Assembly: GCA_023132545.1 (NCBI GenBank)
Contig: JAGLYB010000032.1
Location: 1 to 25,902, forward strand
DNA length: 25,902 nt
Source of the DNA: Candidatus Bipolaricaulota bacterium
Lineage (GTDB): Bacteria > Bipolaricaulota > Bipolaricaulia > UBA7950 > UBA9294
Reading direction: 5' to 3'
The position numbers and the translations under genes are program-made. Below are positions 24,618-25,902 of this stretch, piece after piece. The notes under the pieces were generated by a model. It did not search any database. It saw only the letters and a list, made by a program, of their open reading frames with translations, and was not told the origin of the DNA. Positions within the stretch are counted from its first letter, which is position 1; the number at the start of each line of letters is the position of its first letter.

Positions 24618-25616
24618 ATGAAGCTACTGATCATCGGAGGAACCGTTTTCCTTGGGAGGTCTCTGGTTGAGTTTGCCTTGGAGAGGGGGCACGAAATCAC
24701 CCTGTTCAACCGTGGGCAGTCGAATGTCGACCTATTCCCGGACGTCGAGCAGCTGCACGGAGATCGAGACGGTGGCCTGGATCCATTGATCGGCCGAACC
24801 TTCGATGCCTGCCTCGACACATGCGGATACTTCCCAAGGATCGTCAAGGCATCGGCGCAACTCTTAAAGAACTCTGTTCAGCAATACGCCTTTGTATCCT
24901 CTGTCTCTGTGTACGGAGATCCTTTACCCGAAGGCGTCGACGAAAGCGGTGTCTTAGCGACGATCGACGACCCAAGCCTAGAGGAAATCACCGGTAAGAC
25001 GTACGGTCCGCTCAAAGCCCTATGCGAGGCTGAGGTTTCGGCTGCATTCGGAGATTGCGCTCTGCTCATCCGTCCCGGCTTGATTGTCGGACCTTATGAT
25101 CCAAGCGATCGATTCACCTATTGGCCATGGAGGGTGGATCAAGGAGGACAGATCCTTGCCCCAGGTCGGCCCAACCGCCCCATTCAGTTCATCGACGTAC
25201 GCGATTTGGCTGCTTGGATCCTAAGTATGCTGGAGTCCGAGGAACCCGGCATTTACAACATTGCTTCCACTCCCGGAGTCTTCACGATGAACTCTCTGCT
25301 ACAGACATGCTGCGATGCGACCGCCGAAGTCTCGGAATTTGTCTGGATGGATGACGCGTTCCTCAAGGAACATGGGGTCGGGGCTTGGGCAGAGCTTCCA
25401 TTGTGGATTCCAGAAGACGATCCCATGGCCCGAGGATTCTTCGATTTTCGTGCGGAGAGAGCCGTCGCCAACGGCCTGACGGTTCGTCCCCTTGAGGAAA
25501 CGGTTCGGGCAACGATGGCCTGGTCGCGCACTCGGTCGAATGACCACGAATGGCATAGTGGACTCACCAAGGAACGCGAAGCCGAGCTTCTCGCGAAATG
25601 GTTGCACAGATCCTAG
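24618..25616 (+). CDS. NAD(P)-dependent epimerase/dehydratase-family atypical SDR
   Basis: IIGGTVFLG, FNRG, GDRD, FVSSVSVY, YGPLK, RPGLIVGPYD, IDVRDLA. Confidence 0.88.
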   Translation: MKLLIIGGTVFLGRSLVEFALERGHEITLFNRGQSNVDLFPDVEQLHGDRDGGLDPLIGRTFDACLDTCGYFPRIVKASAQLLKNSVQQYAFVSSVSVYGDPLPEGVDESGVLATIDDPSLEEITGKTYGPLKALCEAEVSAAFGDCALLIRPGLIVGPYDPSDRFTYWPWRVDQGGQILAPGRPNRPIQFIDVRDLAAWILSMLESEEPGIYNIASTPGVFTMNSLLQTCCDATAEVSEFVWMDDAFLKEHGVGAWAELPLWIPEDDPMARGFFDFRAERAVANGLTVRPLEETVRATMAWSRTRSNDHEWHSGLTKEREAELLAKWLHRS

Positions 25617-25672
25617 GATGGCAGGTACCCTTTCACGACAATTCGATATCAATAGAAAGGCGGGATGAGATC

Positions 25673-25902
25673 ATGCAGATTCGATTGGCTGGCAATGCAA
25701 GCCGTCATCTCGTCTTGGATAAGTCCGTGCTGGAAGATCCTCGCTTGTCATTTCGAGCCAAGGGGTTGCTTGCCTATTTGCTGGCCCACCCTGGATTCGA
25801 CGTTTCCAACAAGCGACTGCTGACATCTGTATCTCTCGAAGGCGTTGACGCAGTCAAAACCGCTCTCAAAGAACTCGAAGAAGCCGGGTATTTCCGAAAA
25901 GC
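25673..25902 (+). CDS. Helix-turn-helix protein resembling the N-terminus of phage/plasmid replication initiators; 5' part only
   Basis: Not in the ORF track; hand translation MQIRLAGNASRHLVLDKSVLEDPRLSFRAKGLLAYLLAHPGFDVSNKRLLTSVSLEGVDAVKTALKELEEAGYFRK; purine-rich SD (GAAAGG) upstream. Confidence 0.75.
   Translation, partial: MQIRLAGNASRHLVLDKSVLEDPRLSFRAKGLLAYLLAHPGFDVSNKRLLTSVSLEGVDAVKTALKELEEAGYFRK

Noticed and set aside
1-25902. CRISPR arrays, tRNA/rRNA genes, transposases, integrases, toxin-antitoxin or defence genes
   Set aside because: None recognisable; coding density is high and intergenic gaps show no regularly spaced repeats or cloverleaf patterns.

Overview
Bacterial chromosomal window with no rRNA, tRNA, CRISPR or IS element that I could recognise. 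The W/Mo-pterin aldehyde oxidoreductase suggests an anaerobe, and the SPase-I-type solute-binding proteins suggest a diderm. The left 14.4 kb is one minus-strand operon that runs off the left edge: LivK-type binding protein, aroA-like, aroC-like, two paralogous cupins, aroD-like, livHMGF, flavin/Fe-S oxidoreductase (OYE/dienoyl-CoA reductase type), AOR, cupin, U32-like protein, Zn-dehydrogenase (partial). The main signal is that all three shikimate-pathway homologues keep their folds and most catalytic residues but carry substitutions at normally near-invariant residues. AroC has GESHG->GEAFG, RSSARET->RANGRET and RHDP->ATDP; AroA has SSQ->TSI and R100->G; AroD has catalytic His143->Glu. Most of these residues act at the C3/3-phosphate position of the ring. 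No aroB/aroE/aroK is visible in the window. This looks like a repurposed shikimate-like cassette for uptake and redox conversion of an unknown hydroaromatic or cyclitol acid (inference). The operon has a near-consensus promoter and a ~255-nt leader containing a 17-bp palindrome and an internal terminator. The right half holds a membrane protein, a DinB-family protein, an OmpR/BaeS-type two-component pair, a Met/His-rich Spy/CpxP-like exported protein divergent from a Zn/Mn ABC transporter, a GNAT, MoeB, an atypical SDR and a truncated phage-replication-type HTH gene. The supplied ORF track mislabels the strand of 18740..20077 (it is minus) and omits both edge-truncated genes. All alignments and RNA folds were done by eye.
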